Assembly (NCBI GenBank): GCA_964519305.1
Contig: CAZFHY010000010.1
Location: 72,379 to 136,378 of the forward strand
DNA from: Candidatus Undinarchaeota archaeon
GTDB taxonomy: Archaea > SpSt-1190 > JASMDC01
Reading direction: 5' to 3'
DNA: 64,000 nucleotides
Numbering within the stretch: the stretch's first letter is position 1; each line of letters opens with the position of its first letter. Of this stretch, positions 46,604 to 56,284 are shown in pieces. Both the position numbers and the translations under genes were made by a program. The notes under the pieces were generated by a model. It did not search any database, was not told where the DNA came from, and worked only from the letters and a program-made list of their open reading frames with translations.

Positions 46604-47583
46604 CAGTTCCCCTCCCTGACTTCAAGCTCGTAGCCACCGTTATCGATGTCGTACACCTGGACACCGTACACGTCCTCGAACGAGGGGATGATGTGCATGT
46701 CCTGGCCCTGACCCCGCATGTGGAGCGAGGCCTCGAAATCCTCGATGACCTTTGAAGGATCGTTCTGGATATCCTGGTAGAACTGCTGGGCGGCCTTCTT
46801 GAGCTCGCCCTTGAAGTAGGGGACTCGGTCGCGTTCGAAGGTCTTGACCGCCTCCTCGCCCCCGAAAGCAGCAAGTGTGGCCTCGTCCTTGTACTGTTTC
46901 TGTACGGGTTCGAGGTACTCGTTCAGCGTCGCCTGGACAACCTGGGCACCCACGTACTCGAGCGTTGTCTTCAGTGCCCCCTCGCGTGAGGAGAACTGCA
47001 TCCAGATGGCGTCCTTCTCCTGCTCGGAGAGCGGGCCGTTGCCACCGTTGATCCGGGCGGTCTCGATGGTCTCGATGAGGTTGTGATAGTCGGTCCGGGC
47101 ATCGAACTGCGCCAGGTTCTCTACGCTGTAGGACACCTGGCCATGGATGAAGACATCCTTGGCGGCGTCTGCCTTCTGGCCGGTGTAGGTGGCGAGCTGC
47201 CCGACGGGGATGTCGATGTCGACCGTCTGCCGCTCAAGGGACACCTCCTCGTAGCTGGAGAAGGGGACAGGGAGACGAAGGACGAACTTGCTCCCATCGG
47301 TCTCGTTCTCGATGTAGCGGGTACCACCTTCGAAGTCGAGGATGCCTCGTTCATCGAGCTGGACGGACTCGTGGATGATGGCGCCGGTGTTGGGGGGGAC
47401 GATACCGACCGTGGACACCATACCGAAACCGACACCGAGGGAGGCGAGACCGAGGCCGATGTACTTGCCGACGGTCATGGCCTGCGCGCCCAGCGGCAGG
47501 TCCGAGAACTTAGTTGCTTCCTCCTCACGGTTGTCCGGTTGTAGGTCTTCCTCTTTGAGCTTCTCGTCCTCAATGTCCCTCAT
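46603..47583 (-). CDS. Probable SPFH/band-7-like membrane protein
   Basis: TM helix followed by VGIVPPNTGAII, LPVPFSSYEEVSLERQTVDI and DVFIHGQVSYSV, the order typical of SPFH domains; divergent. Confidence 0.55.
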   Translation of the reverse strand: MRDIEDEKLKEEDLQPDNREEEATKFSDLPLGAQAMTVGKYIGLGLASLGVGFGMVSTVGIVPPNTGAIIHESVQLDERGILDFEGGTRYIENETDGSKFVLRLPVPFSSYEEVSLERQTVDIDIPVGQLATYTGQKADAAKDVFIHGQVSYSVENLAQFDARTDYHNLIETIETARINGGNGPLSEQEKDAIWMQFSSREGALKTTLEYVGAQVVQATLNEYLEPVQKQYKDEATLAAFGGEEAVKTFERDRVPYFKGELKKAAQQFYQDIQNDPSKVIEDFEASLHMRGQGQDMHIIPSFEDVYGVQVYDIDNGGYELEVREGN

Positions 47584-47803
47584 ATCGGTTACCCCCAATG
47601 TTTCATACGTCCGTCCCCGTAGCCACGGCTGCGGCATGCCATACTGTACCGTGGCGTCCGGACCTAAATCGCCACCCTCCCGCCCTTATATAGGTTGTTC
47701 CTCCATATATCGGAAAAACTTACGAGAAACGCATCACTACGGCTTAGTTACAACTCCGAAGTACGGCGGAAAAATACACATTTCAAGTGGGGATCTTCAG
47801 TCC

Positions 47804-48595
47804 CTACACGGGCTTCCCGAGCGAGTCCCAGTAGGTATCGAAGATGCCACAGAACAGGGAGACGAAGTCTGCGTTCTTGGAGAAGAGCACGATATCCTCT
47901 CCCTTGCTTATAGTGAGGCTGTCACGTGTTGTCCGCAGGAGCATGGCCATCTCGGACTTGTCGACGATCACGATGCGGGGGAGCGGGGCGTCGAGCATCC
48001 GCACCTCAGCGAACCGCTTCGCACGCTCCAGCTGCTCTGGATGCGTGATGTCGAACACCAGCATCCTGATCTTCTTCCCCTCGTCGCGGAGGCGCTGGTG
48101 GACGCTGCTCTTCGACTCGTAGAGCAGCATCTTCCCCAGACCCGCCTCGTTGACGGTGATGCGCACCTCGTTCTCGGTGGTGTTCATCATCTTGTCGATG
48201 CGCAGGTACTTCTTGGACCTGCCATGGATGAACCAGAACTCGGGGATACTGGCCGACTCATCGCTCTTCGCAGCGAAGGACGCGAGCTGGGCGCGAGCGG
48301 TCTCGTGGCTCTGCTCCAGCGCGTCTATCATCGAGCGCGTGTGCTCCTTGAGCGCGATGTCGGGCTCCACGGCGATGTAGCGGATGGGCTTGATATCCTG
48401 CTTGTAGATGAACCCGCGCTTCTCGAGCATGTCGAGCGCCTCGTAGATGCGGGCCTTTGGGATCTTGAGCATGTCGTAGAGGTCCGAAACGGTGGCGCTC
48501 TCCCTCATCAGGAGATGGGGGTACACGAGCACCTCGTACCGTCCAAGGCCGAGGTTGGTCATAGCGTTCAATAGGCGCTCACTGATCTTGAGCAT
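47804..48595 (-). CDS. TrmB family transcriptional regulator
   Basis: LGLGRYEVLVY..LL, IPKARIYEALDMLEKRGFI, PIRYIAVEP and an effector domain with IVDKSE. Confidence 0.92.
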   Translation of the reverse strand: MLKISERLLNAMTNLGLGRYEVLVYPHLLMRESATVSDLYDMLKIPKARIYEALDMLEKRGFIYKQDIKPIRYIAVEPDIALKEHTRSMIDALEQSHETARAQLASFAAKSDESASIPEFWFIHGRSKKYLRIDKMMNTTENEVRITVNEAGLGKMLLYESKSSVHQRLRDEGKKIRMLVFDITHPEQLERAKRFAEVRMLDAPLPRIVIVDKSEMAMLLRTTRDSLTISKGEDIVLFSKNADFVSLFCGIFDTYWDSLGKPV

Positions 48596-48653
48596 CTAAG
48601 TGACAGTATGCTGCATCACTCTTTTATTCTTTAGGCCGAGCCGGCCGGTCCCG

Positions 48654-49601
48654 CTACTGCTGGGCCAGCATCCGTTCGACGTACGAGCGGACGTGTGGTG
48701 TGTTGTTCACGGCCTGCTCGACGAGATCAGGGTTCCGATCTGAGAACTCCTGGATTATGTCACCGTGCATCCCCAAACCCTCCAGGCCCACCGACGCGCG
48801 CACGCTCTCCTCGAACTCGGCCCCTGCCACGATGAGGGAGAACTGGAAGTCCGAGATGTCCACGTCCACCTTGGATAGGCCCTTAGGTGTGAGCTTGGCG
48901 ACCCGCATGGAGTTCAGCCGCTTGTGTCCTTCACCTGTCCCAATCTTCTCTACGAACTCGCCCACGTTGACGCCCTCCGGTGCATAGCCCTGCCTGAGCA
49001 ACGCCTTGAACGAGATGGGTGACGTCGCGTCAGCGAAGGTCTTCTCAAGTCCGAGCTCCTCTGCGTACGTGTCGAGCAGGGCGATGGCCTTCCCGCCGAT
49101 GTGGCTCCCCTGGTACTCCTTCTTGATGGCGAACCGCGCCATCTCACCGGAGAGGTCGTCGCTATGGACGTTGATCGCGAAGGAGCCGACCATCTCGGCG
49201 TACTCGCCGGGAGCGGTCTCCTTCTCCACGACGAACCAGAGGTCGAAGTTAGGGATTTGCCCGCCGCCCTTGGTGAGGTAGTCCGAGCCGTAGAAGGACA
49301 TGGTCTTGTGGTCCTTCTGGAACCTCTCGGCCTTGAATATCGATTTATCGCAGTGCTCCTGGTTGGAGTACACGTTGTTGTAGACCTCGGCCAGGCCGTC
49401 CGCGTCGTCGGCCTCCCAGAGGCGCATCCGGTAGGTCTCGCCCAGGTCGTTGGAGAACGTATGGGTCTCCATTGAGGCCAGGTTGACCAGGATCGTCTCC
49501 TGGGCGGATGGTATGTGCAGGGTGTAGGACTCCTTCACGGAGGAGTCGTACGGTTCAAGAATGACCGCTTCAACAGCCCCGGCAACGTAATTCATGTCCA
49601 T
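48654..49601 (-). CDS. GNAT family N-acetyltransferase
   Basis: EMARFAIKKEYQGSHIG acetyl-CoA motif A; L.RQGY..EG. Confidence 0.8.
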   Translation of the reverse strand: MDMNYVAGAVEAVILEPYDSSVKESYTLHIPSAQETILVNLASMETHTFSNDLGETYRMRLWEADDADGLAEVYNNVYSNQEHCDKSIFKAERFQKDHKTMSFYGSDYLTKGGGQIPNFDLWFVVEKETAPGEYAEMVGSFAINVHSDDLSGEMARFAIKKEYQGSHIGGKAIALLDTYAEELGLEKTFADATSPISFKALLRQGYAPEGVNVGEFVEKIGTGEGHKRLNSMRVAKLTPKGLSKVDVDISDFQFSLIVAGAEFEESVRASVGLEGLGMHGDIIQEFSDRNPDLVEQAVNNTPHVRSYVERMLAQQ

Positions 49602-49739
49602 CCAGCCCCCCACAGGGAACGCCCCTGCGATGGTAACACATCGGGCGGCCCCGTGGCCGCTATATAAGCCTTTTGATTTTCCTCCGGTCGCCGGTGGAAC
49701 GAGCTTTATAAACCGGGTAATATTAGACCGGTACGGGAC

Positions 49740-50369
49740 ATGGAAGGGGAAGACATCCTAGATACGTGCATCGACGGCCTCTACGCCCGTCGCTCCTTGG
49801 AGCTCGATGTGTACGCCGAGGGTGTTTTCCTAGGTGACTACATGGCAGATCTTGCCCGGAAGCTCAGTGAGGAGGGGAAAAGGCAGCTCCCGGACCTTCT
49901 CAATGGTAAGATCGACGAAGACGAGGCCTATGAACGCACTATCTCGTCCTTCATTGGTCTGTACGAGCACTGCGGAGAAACGTTACTGGAACAGATGGTC
50001 TCATACATCAAGCCCCATGTCCACAATCCAGCGGTCAAGGCATTCGCTCAGGCCGAGCTCAAGCTCAACACATACGTCATCCGCACCTACGAGCGGGCCC
50101 TTGACGCCCAGCCCGAAGCGGCCTGCGACGACCTCTTCCTTGACGATGACATCTACTGCTCCGTCATGGCCTTCGAAGGTGATGTCGATACGTACGAGTC
50201 GTTGGTCGAGCGACGGGACAAGGCCTCACAAGGGTTCGTTGACATGGTTGTCGATGAGGCTGGGTACTTCCGAGGACGCATCATCAAGGGGCCGCTCACG
50301 ACCATTCTCGTCGACCGTCCCGGTGAGCGTGAGAGGGAGCTCGTGCAGCGGATGCGGTCGAGCGACTAG
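49740..50369 (+). CDS. Hypothetical protein
   Basis: 209-aa ORF with a TTTATAAA box at about 49705. Confidence 0.7.
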   Translation: MEGEDILDTCIDGLYARRSLELDVYAEGVFLGDYMADLARKLSEEGKRQLPDLLNGKIDEDEAYERTISSFIGLYEHCGETLLEQMVSYIKPHVHNPAVKAFAQAELKLNTYVIRTYERALDAQPEAACDDLFLDDDIYCSVMAFEGDVDTYESLVERRDKASQGFVDMVVDEAGYFRGRIIKGPLTTILVDRPGERERELVQRMRSSD

Positions 50370-50968
50370 TCCTCAAGGGGCCTTGTACTATCCTCGATGG
50401 TGAGGACCTCGATGTTGTTCCGCACTAGAAGGGCTGCGGCCACGCCCCGGCCCGGGACCACTTTTCCCTTGAACGTGCCATCGTGGACGTTCTTCGGTCC
50501 ACATGCGGGGCTCCGATCCATGAGGACCGCGGTCCTCGCCCCCACTGCCTTGGCCAACGCGAGCGTCTGCAGGGAACCAAGCAGATAGGGTTCAGTCACG
50601 TCGTCCCCGAGCTTCGTGAGCACCTGTGCGACGCCTCCTACCACGTGATCCCCGTTCCTGCCCGGCTCGATCTCTGCGGGTGCATGGGGAACGGGCAGCC
50701 CGCCCAGGGACTCGGGGCAGGCGAACACCAGAGCGTACCGCCGGGCGAGGCGGGCGATGGCAGGATCGTACCGAGCGGTGCCATCATAGCGTGTCGGGCA
50801 CCCGCCCAGGCATGCGCTCACAAGCACGACCTCCTTCTCGGCCGGGCCTGTCAGTCCCTTCCACGCTACGAGGTCGATTTTGTGCGTGAATTTGGGCCCG
50901 GCCTCGTACACTGGGATGAGCCGATCATTCCCCGCATACCAGTGACCGAGGACCTCCCGTGTCGTCAC
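50366..50968 (-). CDS. DUF523 family (2-thiouracil desulfurase-like) Fe-S protein
   Basis: VSACLGG..RYDG, CPESLGGLPVP, RSPACG, GRGVAAALL. GTGA overlap with the ogg stop. Confidence 0.9.
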   Translation of the reverse strand: MTTREVLGHWYAGNDRLIPVYEAGPKFTHKIDLVAWKGLTGPAEKEVVLVSACLGGCPTRYDGTARYDPAIARLARRYALVFACPESLGGLPVPHAPAEIEPGRNGDHVVGGVAQVLTKLGDDVTEPYLLGSLQTLALAKAVGARTAVLMDRSPACGPKNVHDGTFKGKVVPGRGVAAALLVRNNIEVLTIEDSTRPLED

Positions 50969-51615
50969 TTGAACACCTCGCCCGTGGCCCGTGCCCAGAA
51001 CACCAGGTCCAGATGGTCGAGCGGGATGCCCTCGCGTTCGGCGAAAGCGGCCATGTCCCGCTCGATGTCGAGGTACCTGCGGCGCGTGACGCTCTTGGGC
51101 ACCTCTGGGATTACCTCTAGCTCCTTGAGGCAGCGGAGGATGTGGCGGTCGAGGATCGCTAGGTCCGATCCCATGCCCAGGTTGCGCAGGAGGTGACCCG
51201 CTTCCTTGTACCCGAGACCGTTCACGTGCTCGACCAGCCACTCCCGTGCCTTCTTGGGGGCCTTGAACTGGCCGAGCACGGTGCGGACGGACGGCCTACC
51301 CTCCGGTGCGAAGAGCAGGCGGGCGGCCACCACCCGGCGTGCCTTGGTATGGTGGAACCGCACACCAGTGCTCGCCAGTGCCGCGGCCACTTCCTCCGCG
51401 GTACCTGTTAGGAGCAGGCCCACGTCATCTAGGCCACAGGCTGCGTCCCAGCATGCCCGACCCTTCGACTGAGGGGTGAGCAGGCAGAACACTACCTCGC
51501 GGAACAGCTCCTCCTCGGAGGCGCTCTCCCATTGTTCGCGGAATCCCTGCAGGCGCTCCTCGATGATCGGGCGGAGGGTGCGGTGGAGCTCGTGAAGGTC
51601 GGTCAAGGAGACCAC
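50965..51615 (-). CDS. ogg: 8-oxoguanine N-glycosylase/DNA lyase (archaeal/Ogg2 type)
   Basis: LFREVVFCLLTPQ, HhH GLGYKEAGHLLRN, AILDRHI, YLDIE, LDLVFW...TGEVFK. Confidence 0.93.
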   Translation of the reverse strand: MVSLTDLHELHRTLRPIIEERLQGFREQWESASEEELFREVVFCLLTPQSKGRACWDAACGLDDVGLLLTGTAEEVAAALASTGVRFHHTKARRVVAARLLFAPEGRPSVRTVLGQFKAPKKAREWLVEHVNGLGYKEAGHLLRNLGMGSDLAILDRHILRCLKELEVIPEVPKSVTRRRYLDIERDMAAFAEREGIPLDHLDLVFWARATGEVFK

Positions 51616-52497
51616 CTATCGGTCGACCGGAAGGATGTCGGTCCGCACGGCATCGAGCCGCTCCCGGTTCTCTCCCTCCCAGGGCACACGTATGCCCAGC
51701 TCGTCGAGCACGGCATCGATCAGCACCAGATGATGGGCGAAACCGACCGGCTCCTTCGCGAGCTGCGAGACCGGTACGACCAGGGCGTGGGACGCGTCGT
51801 CGCCGGGCGAGATCCGGGCGGCCAGCCGCTCGGACGGGCCGTCCAGCTCCAGCATGAAGAGGGACGTGCGCACGGCCCCGCGCGGGAACCGTGGGTCGTC
51901 CCAGCCGTCAATGACCCGCTCCAGGTAGATGGCCCCTACGACGGGGCCGTCGGGCTTGAGCGACACCTCCTGTTCGATGGAACCGAAGGTGGCGGACCGG
52001 CGGGCGAGCTCGTCCAGGGAGAGCAGGGAGAGCTCACGGTCGCGAGGGTAGAGCAGGAGCCCGGTCTCCTCGGCGAGCTCCCGTACAGCTGCCCCCTGGG
52101 GGGGCTCACGGTACTCGACGAAGCCACCGGGAAGGGCCAGCATCCCCTCGTACGGTGGGCGTCCGCGCCGGATGAGGAGAACCGCTGGTTCCTCGCCATA
52201 GCACTTGGTGAGCACGAGGACGTCCACGGTCTCGGCGTTCCTGCGGAACTCAAGGGCCACTGGGAGGACCGGACAGCGCCCGTCCACCCGCTCGCCCAGG
52301 GAGACGAACTTGCATCCTGCAGGCAGGGCCGCAGCAACGTCCCGGGCAAGGTCCGCGTCCCCATCGCACCGGACCACGAGGGGAGGTCCTGAGGCAACCG
52401 CCCGCTTCCCGGACGGGACGGTCACGGATTCGAGCGCTGGCCCCTCGTCCCCCATCACCACGCGGAGGACATGGAGCTCGACGCCCTCAGAATCCAT
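51616..52497 (-). CDS. NUDIX hydrolase
   Basis: ALPGGFVE.RE....AAVRELAEETGL Nudix box; DPR; GDDA. Confidence 0.88.
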   Translation of the reverse strand: MDSEGVELHVLRVVMGDEGPALESVTVPSGKRAVASGPPLVVRCDGDADLARDVAAALPAGCKFVSLGERVDGRCPVLPVALEFRRNAETVDVLVLTKCYGEEPAVLLIRRGRPPYEGMLALPGGFVEYREPPQGAAVRELAEETGLLLYPRDRELSLLSLDELARRSATFGSIEQEVSLKPDGPVVGAIYLERVIDGWDDPRFPRGAVRTSLFMLELDGPSERLAARISPGDDASHALVVPVSQLAKEPVGFAHHLVLIDAVLDELGIRVPWEGENRERLDAVRTDILPVDR

Positions 52498-52541
52498 GGA
52501 CCGGCAGGTATGTCGAAGGTTTTTATACTTGCGCACGCCAC

Positions 52542-53165
52542 ATGGTGATGATGGGCCGGAAATCGGAACTCGGGCAAGCCGTCCTCTCCGACTTCGGCCG
52601 GGCCATCGTCGTGTTCTTCCTCGCGGGTATGTTCGCAGAGAGCATGCTTGCCGACATCCTCGTCATCTCTATGTTCTACTACGTGCTCCGGGGGGTGTTC
52701 CGTTCGTTCCTGCTGGCGGTCAGCATGCTCACCGACGAGGGAGAGAGCCCATTGGACAGCTTCATCCCTTCAGTGGAAGGACAGAACGATATCGAGGGTC
52801 TCGCCAAGGCCCTGATGCGCGAGGGGGAGTATGAGGAAGCGCTCGACTTCCTGGACAAGGCGCTCGAGGCGGATCCCACCGACGCCAGACGCTACCTCCT
52901 GCGCGGCTTGGTACTGCGACATTTGGCCGAGGATGGCGGTTCGGACGAGCTTGTGCGCAGCGCCATCCGTGACCTCCAGTCCGCCATGGTGCTATCCCGC
53001 ACCATCGCTGCCATCCCGCAGACTGACCTGCTCGTCGGCAGGCTGTTCACCAGGCTGGGGGAGAAGGAGAAGGCACGGCGTCATCTCCAGCGGGTACTGG
53101 CCCACAACGATGCGCCGGACCACGTTCTAGAAGAGGCGAAGCGCATGACAGCGTCGCTTTCATAG
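52542..53165 (+). CDS. Membrane protein with TPR repeats
   Basis: Two N-terminal hydrophobic helices; GEYEEALDFLDKALEADP; TTTTTATA box at about 52520. Confidence 0.82.
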   Translation: MVMMGRKSELGQAVLSDFGRAIVVFFLAGMFAESMLADILVISMFYYVLRGVFRSFLLAVSMLTDEGESPLDSFIPSVEGQNDIEGLAKALMREGEYEEALDFLDKALEADPTDARRYLLRGLVLRHLAEDGGSDELVRSAIRDLQSAMVLSRTIAAIPQTDLLVGRLFTRLGEKEKARRHLQRVLAHNDAPDHVLEEAKRMTASLS

Positions 53166-53179
53166 GAACCTGTGCGGGT

Positions 53180-54199
53180 TCACTGGCCGTTGGGGCGCAC
53201 CATGACCTTCATCACACCCTTCTTCCCGGACTCGATGAGTCCGATGCCGCGCTCGAGCTCCTCCAAAGGGATCCTGTGGGAGATCAGATCGTCCACACGC
53301 ACCCTCCCTGCCCGGAGAAGCGCCACCGCCTGGAGCGAGTTCCTCACCGAGGTAAAGGACGAGAGCAGGATCAGTCCTTTGTGAAAGAGCACGAAGGGGT
53401 CCAGCGCTATGGTCTGATCCACGGGCGGGACTCCGAACAGAAGGACAGTCCCCCCTCTGCGAGCAAGCGTGGGTGCCCGCTCCATCACCGGGACGGCCCC
53501 GGTGGCGTCCACCACAGCGTCGTAGGCGTCCTCGGGCAGGTCGGCAACGTCCTCCACCACCGTATCCGCTCCGGCCCTCTTGGCGAAGGCTGCTCGGTCC
53601 GGGATGCGCTCGGCCATGTCCACGGCCGCCGCTCCCCGCGCCAGCATCGTCCGCATGAGCAGGATACCGATCGGCCCTGCGCCCAGAACCGCCACACGGT
53701 CGCCAAGTGCGATCCCCGCCCGCTCCACGCCGTGGAGCACACAGGAAAGTGGTTCGACAAACGCCCCATGCTCGAAAGGGATGTCACCAATGGGGAACAC
53801 AGCGTTCTCAGGCGCCACAACGTACTGTGCCATCCCCCCGGACAGGGTCACACCGAGGGCCTGCCAGTTCTCGCAGAAGTTCTGGTGGTTGCTCAGGCAC
53901 GCAGGGCAGTCATCGCAGGCAATGTTGGGCTCGACGGTCACCCGACCCTCCAGGTCGATGCGGCGAACACCGGGACCCACCGCCGCTACTTCCCCTGCAA
54001 GTTCGTGGCCGGGTACGACGGGGTAGGTGCCCATATATCGGCCACGGAATATGTGGACATCGGTCCCGCAGATACCGCATGCCATGACCCGGATGAGCAC
54101 TTCGCCCTTCTCAGGCCTGGGCACGGGACGCTCCCGTACCTCGAACCTGCCAGGCGCCACCACCGTGGCGGCATGCATCCGCTCGGCTATACGGTTCAT
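53180..54199 (-). CDS. Zinc-dependent alcohol/polyol dehydrogenase (MDR family)
   Basis: CGICGTD, PGHE, CxxCxxCx7C, VEPLSC, GAGPIG. Confidence 0.95.
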   Translation of the reverse strand: MNRIAERMHAATVVAPGRFEVRERPVPRPEKGEVLIRVMACGICGTDVHIFRGRYMGTYPVVPGHELAGEVAAVGPGVRRIDLEGRVTVEPNIACDDCPACLSNHQNFCENWQALGVTLSGGMAQYVVAPENAVFPIGDIPFEHGAFVEPLSCVLHGVERAGIALGDRVAVLGAGPIGILLMRTMLARGAAAVDMAERIPDRAAFAKRAGADTVVEDVADLPEDAYDAVVDATGAVPVMERAPTLARRGGTVLLFGVPPVDQTIALDPFVLFHKGLILLSSFTSVRNSLQAVALLRAGRVRVDDLISHRIPLEELERGIGLIESGKKGVMKVMVRPNGQ

Positions 54200-56193
54200 C
54201 CCTTCTCGACCTGCAGGACCATGACCTCGTCGGGCTCTAGCTCGACGCTCAGAGCCCCGTTGTCGAGGGCGACCACATCGCCGGACTCCAGGTCGTAAGC
54301 GGCTGTGACTGTGTCAGAGATCGCGACGGCCGCGGACCGCCGCTCGCTTGTGAGGTTGCGAAGGAACACGACATCACGGTCACCGTCCCGGTGCTCCCAG
54401 TGCGCCACGTCCACGAACCGGTCATCGCAACGGTAGGCAGGGGTGATGCCCGCCAGCTCGGCGGCGTGCTGGTAGAGGGTATATGCCTCGTCCGTGGCAA
54501 AGGCGTTGGGCACCTGGCTGACGTGGTACTCGACGGGAGCGGTGACCAGCATTGTATGTCCCCGTCCGTGATCGTTCACCACCACGGCGGGATTCCCGTC
54601 AGCGTCCCGGCCGAGCGCCCGACCGGTGGTCGCCTCCACGATGCCTACCTTGGCCCGCCGGTCCCGCTCCAGGCCGTCATATGCCATGGTCATGGGCCCC
54701 TTGCCGAGGTCGACGTCGAGGGAAATGGGCCTGATGTCCAGCCGCTCGTACCCCACCTGCACCCCGAACATCTCGTTCACCTTCGGGGCACCGGGATTGC
54801 CCCAGGAGAGGTAGAGGCTGCCACCGTCCTTGACGAACGCGTCCAGCCGATCCCAGGCGACGGTCGACACGACCCCGGTGTTCTTGAGGATGGGTGAGGG
54901 CAGGAGCACCAGGCGGTACTCGTCCAGCGCACCCTCCTCTTCGATGTCCTCCTCGTCCACGAGGGCCACGTCGATACCGGCCATCCGCGCCATGCAGAAT
55001 GCATTGTAGAGGACGGGGGCCATGGTGTCCACGTTCTCGTAGTAGAACCGGGGCACGACGATGGCCGCTTCAGGCGCAGGTCGCCGGTACTCGCCAGGAC
55101 TGCCCAAGGCGTCGGTAAGCTGTCGGGCCCGTCGGACCTCGTCGACCACCGGCCGATCCCGCTCGTTCCCGTCCGCATCCACGGCGATGAGGCCGAACTC
55201 CAGCTCAAAGGGCTCCTTGCGGTAGGGGAGCCGGTCCCTGATGGGTGTGAAATCCTTGGCGCACCAGGACCATGCGCTGGCTGCGCCGTACATCAGGGCC
55301 GAGGTCACGGTCTGGCGATAGAGCACCGCCTGGAAGCGCTCGTCCGTGGTCGCGAGGGTGGTACCGAACTCCTCAAGGTGGACGGGCGCGTCCCCCTTGG
55401 ACGCCATGGCGATGGAGAAGGCGGCCAGGTACTTGTGCCTGGTGGCCGGCGTCCAGGCGTCGTCGAGCATGGTGTTCTCGTCGTAGATGGTGTAGAAGTG
55501 GGTGGTGAGCGCGTCGAGCATGCCACCGTACTCGCGCTGGTGGAAGTTGACCTCTTTGAGCATGCAGGGATTGTCCAGTCCGTGGACCACCAGGTGGTTG
55601 GGATCGCTGCGCCGGACGGCCGACGTCAGCCGTCGCGTCCACTCCTCGCCCTTCTCGGGCGAGGGCGGGAGCTGGTAGGCCTCCTGCTCGTTGCCCAGCA
55701 CCCACATGGAGATGGCGGAGTGGTCCTTGAAGCGGGCGGCGATGGCACCCACGTACTCCTCCTGTGCCGAGAGCATGTCCTCGCTGTACAGGTCCACGTC
55801 CAACGGTGTTCCCATGTTCACTCCGTTCTCCCGCTGGACCCAGTCCGGACCATAGAGCGTGCCCGACATCTGGCCCACGACGAGCACGGGGGCAACGTAG
55901 ATGCCGACCCGTTCGGCGATGCCCAGGAAGGCGTCCAGCCGTTGGAGCGCTTCGGGGTTCACCGAGCCGCGCTGTGGGCTGAAGTAGTCCCAGAACAGGG
56001 GGACGCGGACGCTGTCGATGCCGATCTCCTTGAGGTGGGCCAGGTCGCTCTCGACCTCGCGGGCCTCCTCGTCGTCCCACTCCTGCCACATGTACGGGCC
56101 ATGGGAGGTGGGCATGTAATTAACGCCAAGGGAGAAGAAGCCCTCTCCCTCCTGCGAAAAGTACCCGTTATCGATCGTTACGTGGCCATCCAT
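54196..56193 (-). CDS. Glycoside hydrolase, clan GH-A (GH5/GH42-like, mannanase-like) with C-terminal trimerisation-like domain
   Basis: GVNY.P, WVLGNE acid/base, DPNHLV, HFY, LEEFG nucleophile. ATGA overlap with the ADH gene. Confidence 0.87.
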   Translation of the reverse strand: MDGHVTIDNGYFSQEGEGFFSLGVNYMPTSHGPYMWQEWDDEEAREVESDLAHLKEIGIDSVRVPLFWDYFSPQRGSVNPEALQRLDAFLGIAERVGIYVAPVLVVGQMSGTLYGPDWVQRENGVNMGTPLDVDLYSEDMLSAQEEYVGAIAARFKDHSAISMWVLGNEQEAYQLPPSPEKGEEWTRRLTSAVRRSDPNHLVVHGLDNPCMLKEVNFHQREYGGMLDALTTHFYTIYDENTMLDDAWTPATRHKYLAAFSIAMASKGDAPVHLEEFGTTLATTDERFQAVLYRQTVTSALMYGAASAWSWCAKDFTPIRDRLPYRKEPFELEFGLIAVDADGNERDRPVVDEVRRARQLTDALGSPGEYRRPAPEAAIVVPRFYYENVDTMAPVLYNAFCMARMAGIDVALVDEEDIEEEGALDEYRLVLLPSPILKNTGVVSTVAWDRLDAFVKDGGSLYLSWGNPGAPKVNEMFGVQVGYERLDIRPISLDVDLGKGPMTMAYDGLERDRRAKVGIVEATTGRALGRDADGNPAVVVNDHGRGHTMLVTAPVEYHVSQVPNAFATDEAYTLYQHAAELAGITPAYRCDDRFVDVAHWEHRDGDRDVVFLRNLTSERRSAAVAISDTVTAAYDLESGDVVALDNGALSVELEPDEVMVLQVEKG

Positions 56194-56284
56194 CGGCGTT
56201 CCCCGTCCTTATATGACAAAGACTGCGAGGATACCGGTTTAAATGTGTTTGCTCTTACTATAAGAGTGTTCGGAGCGACAGGGA

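Noticed and set aside
50969-51241. N-terminal extensions in the ORF track (DUF523 here; also 34436-34570, 42579-42683, 8281-8448, 12603-12707)
   Set aside because: They overlap neighbouring genes or promoters; internal starts fit the RBS/TATA spacing and the paralog alignments better.
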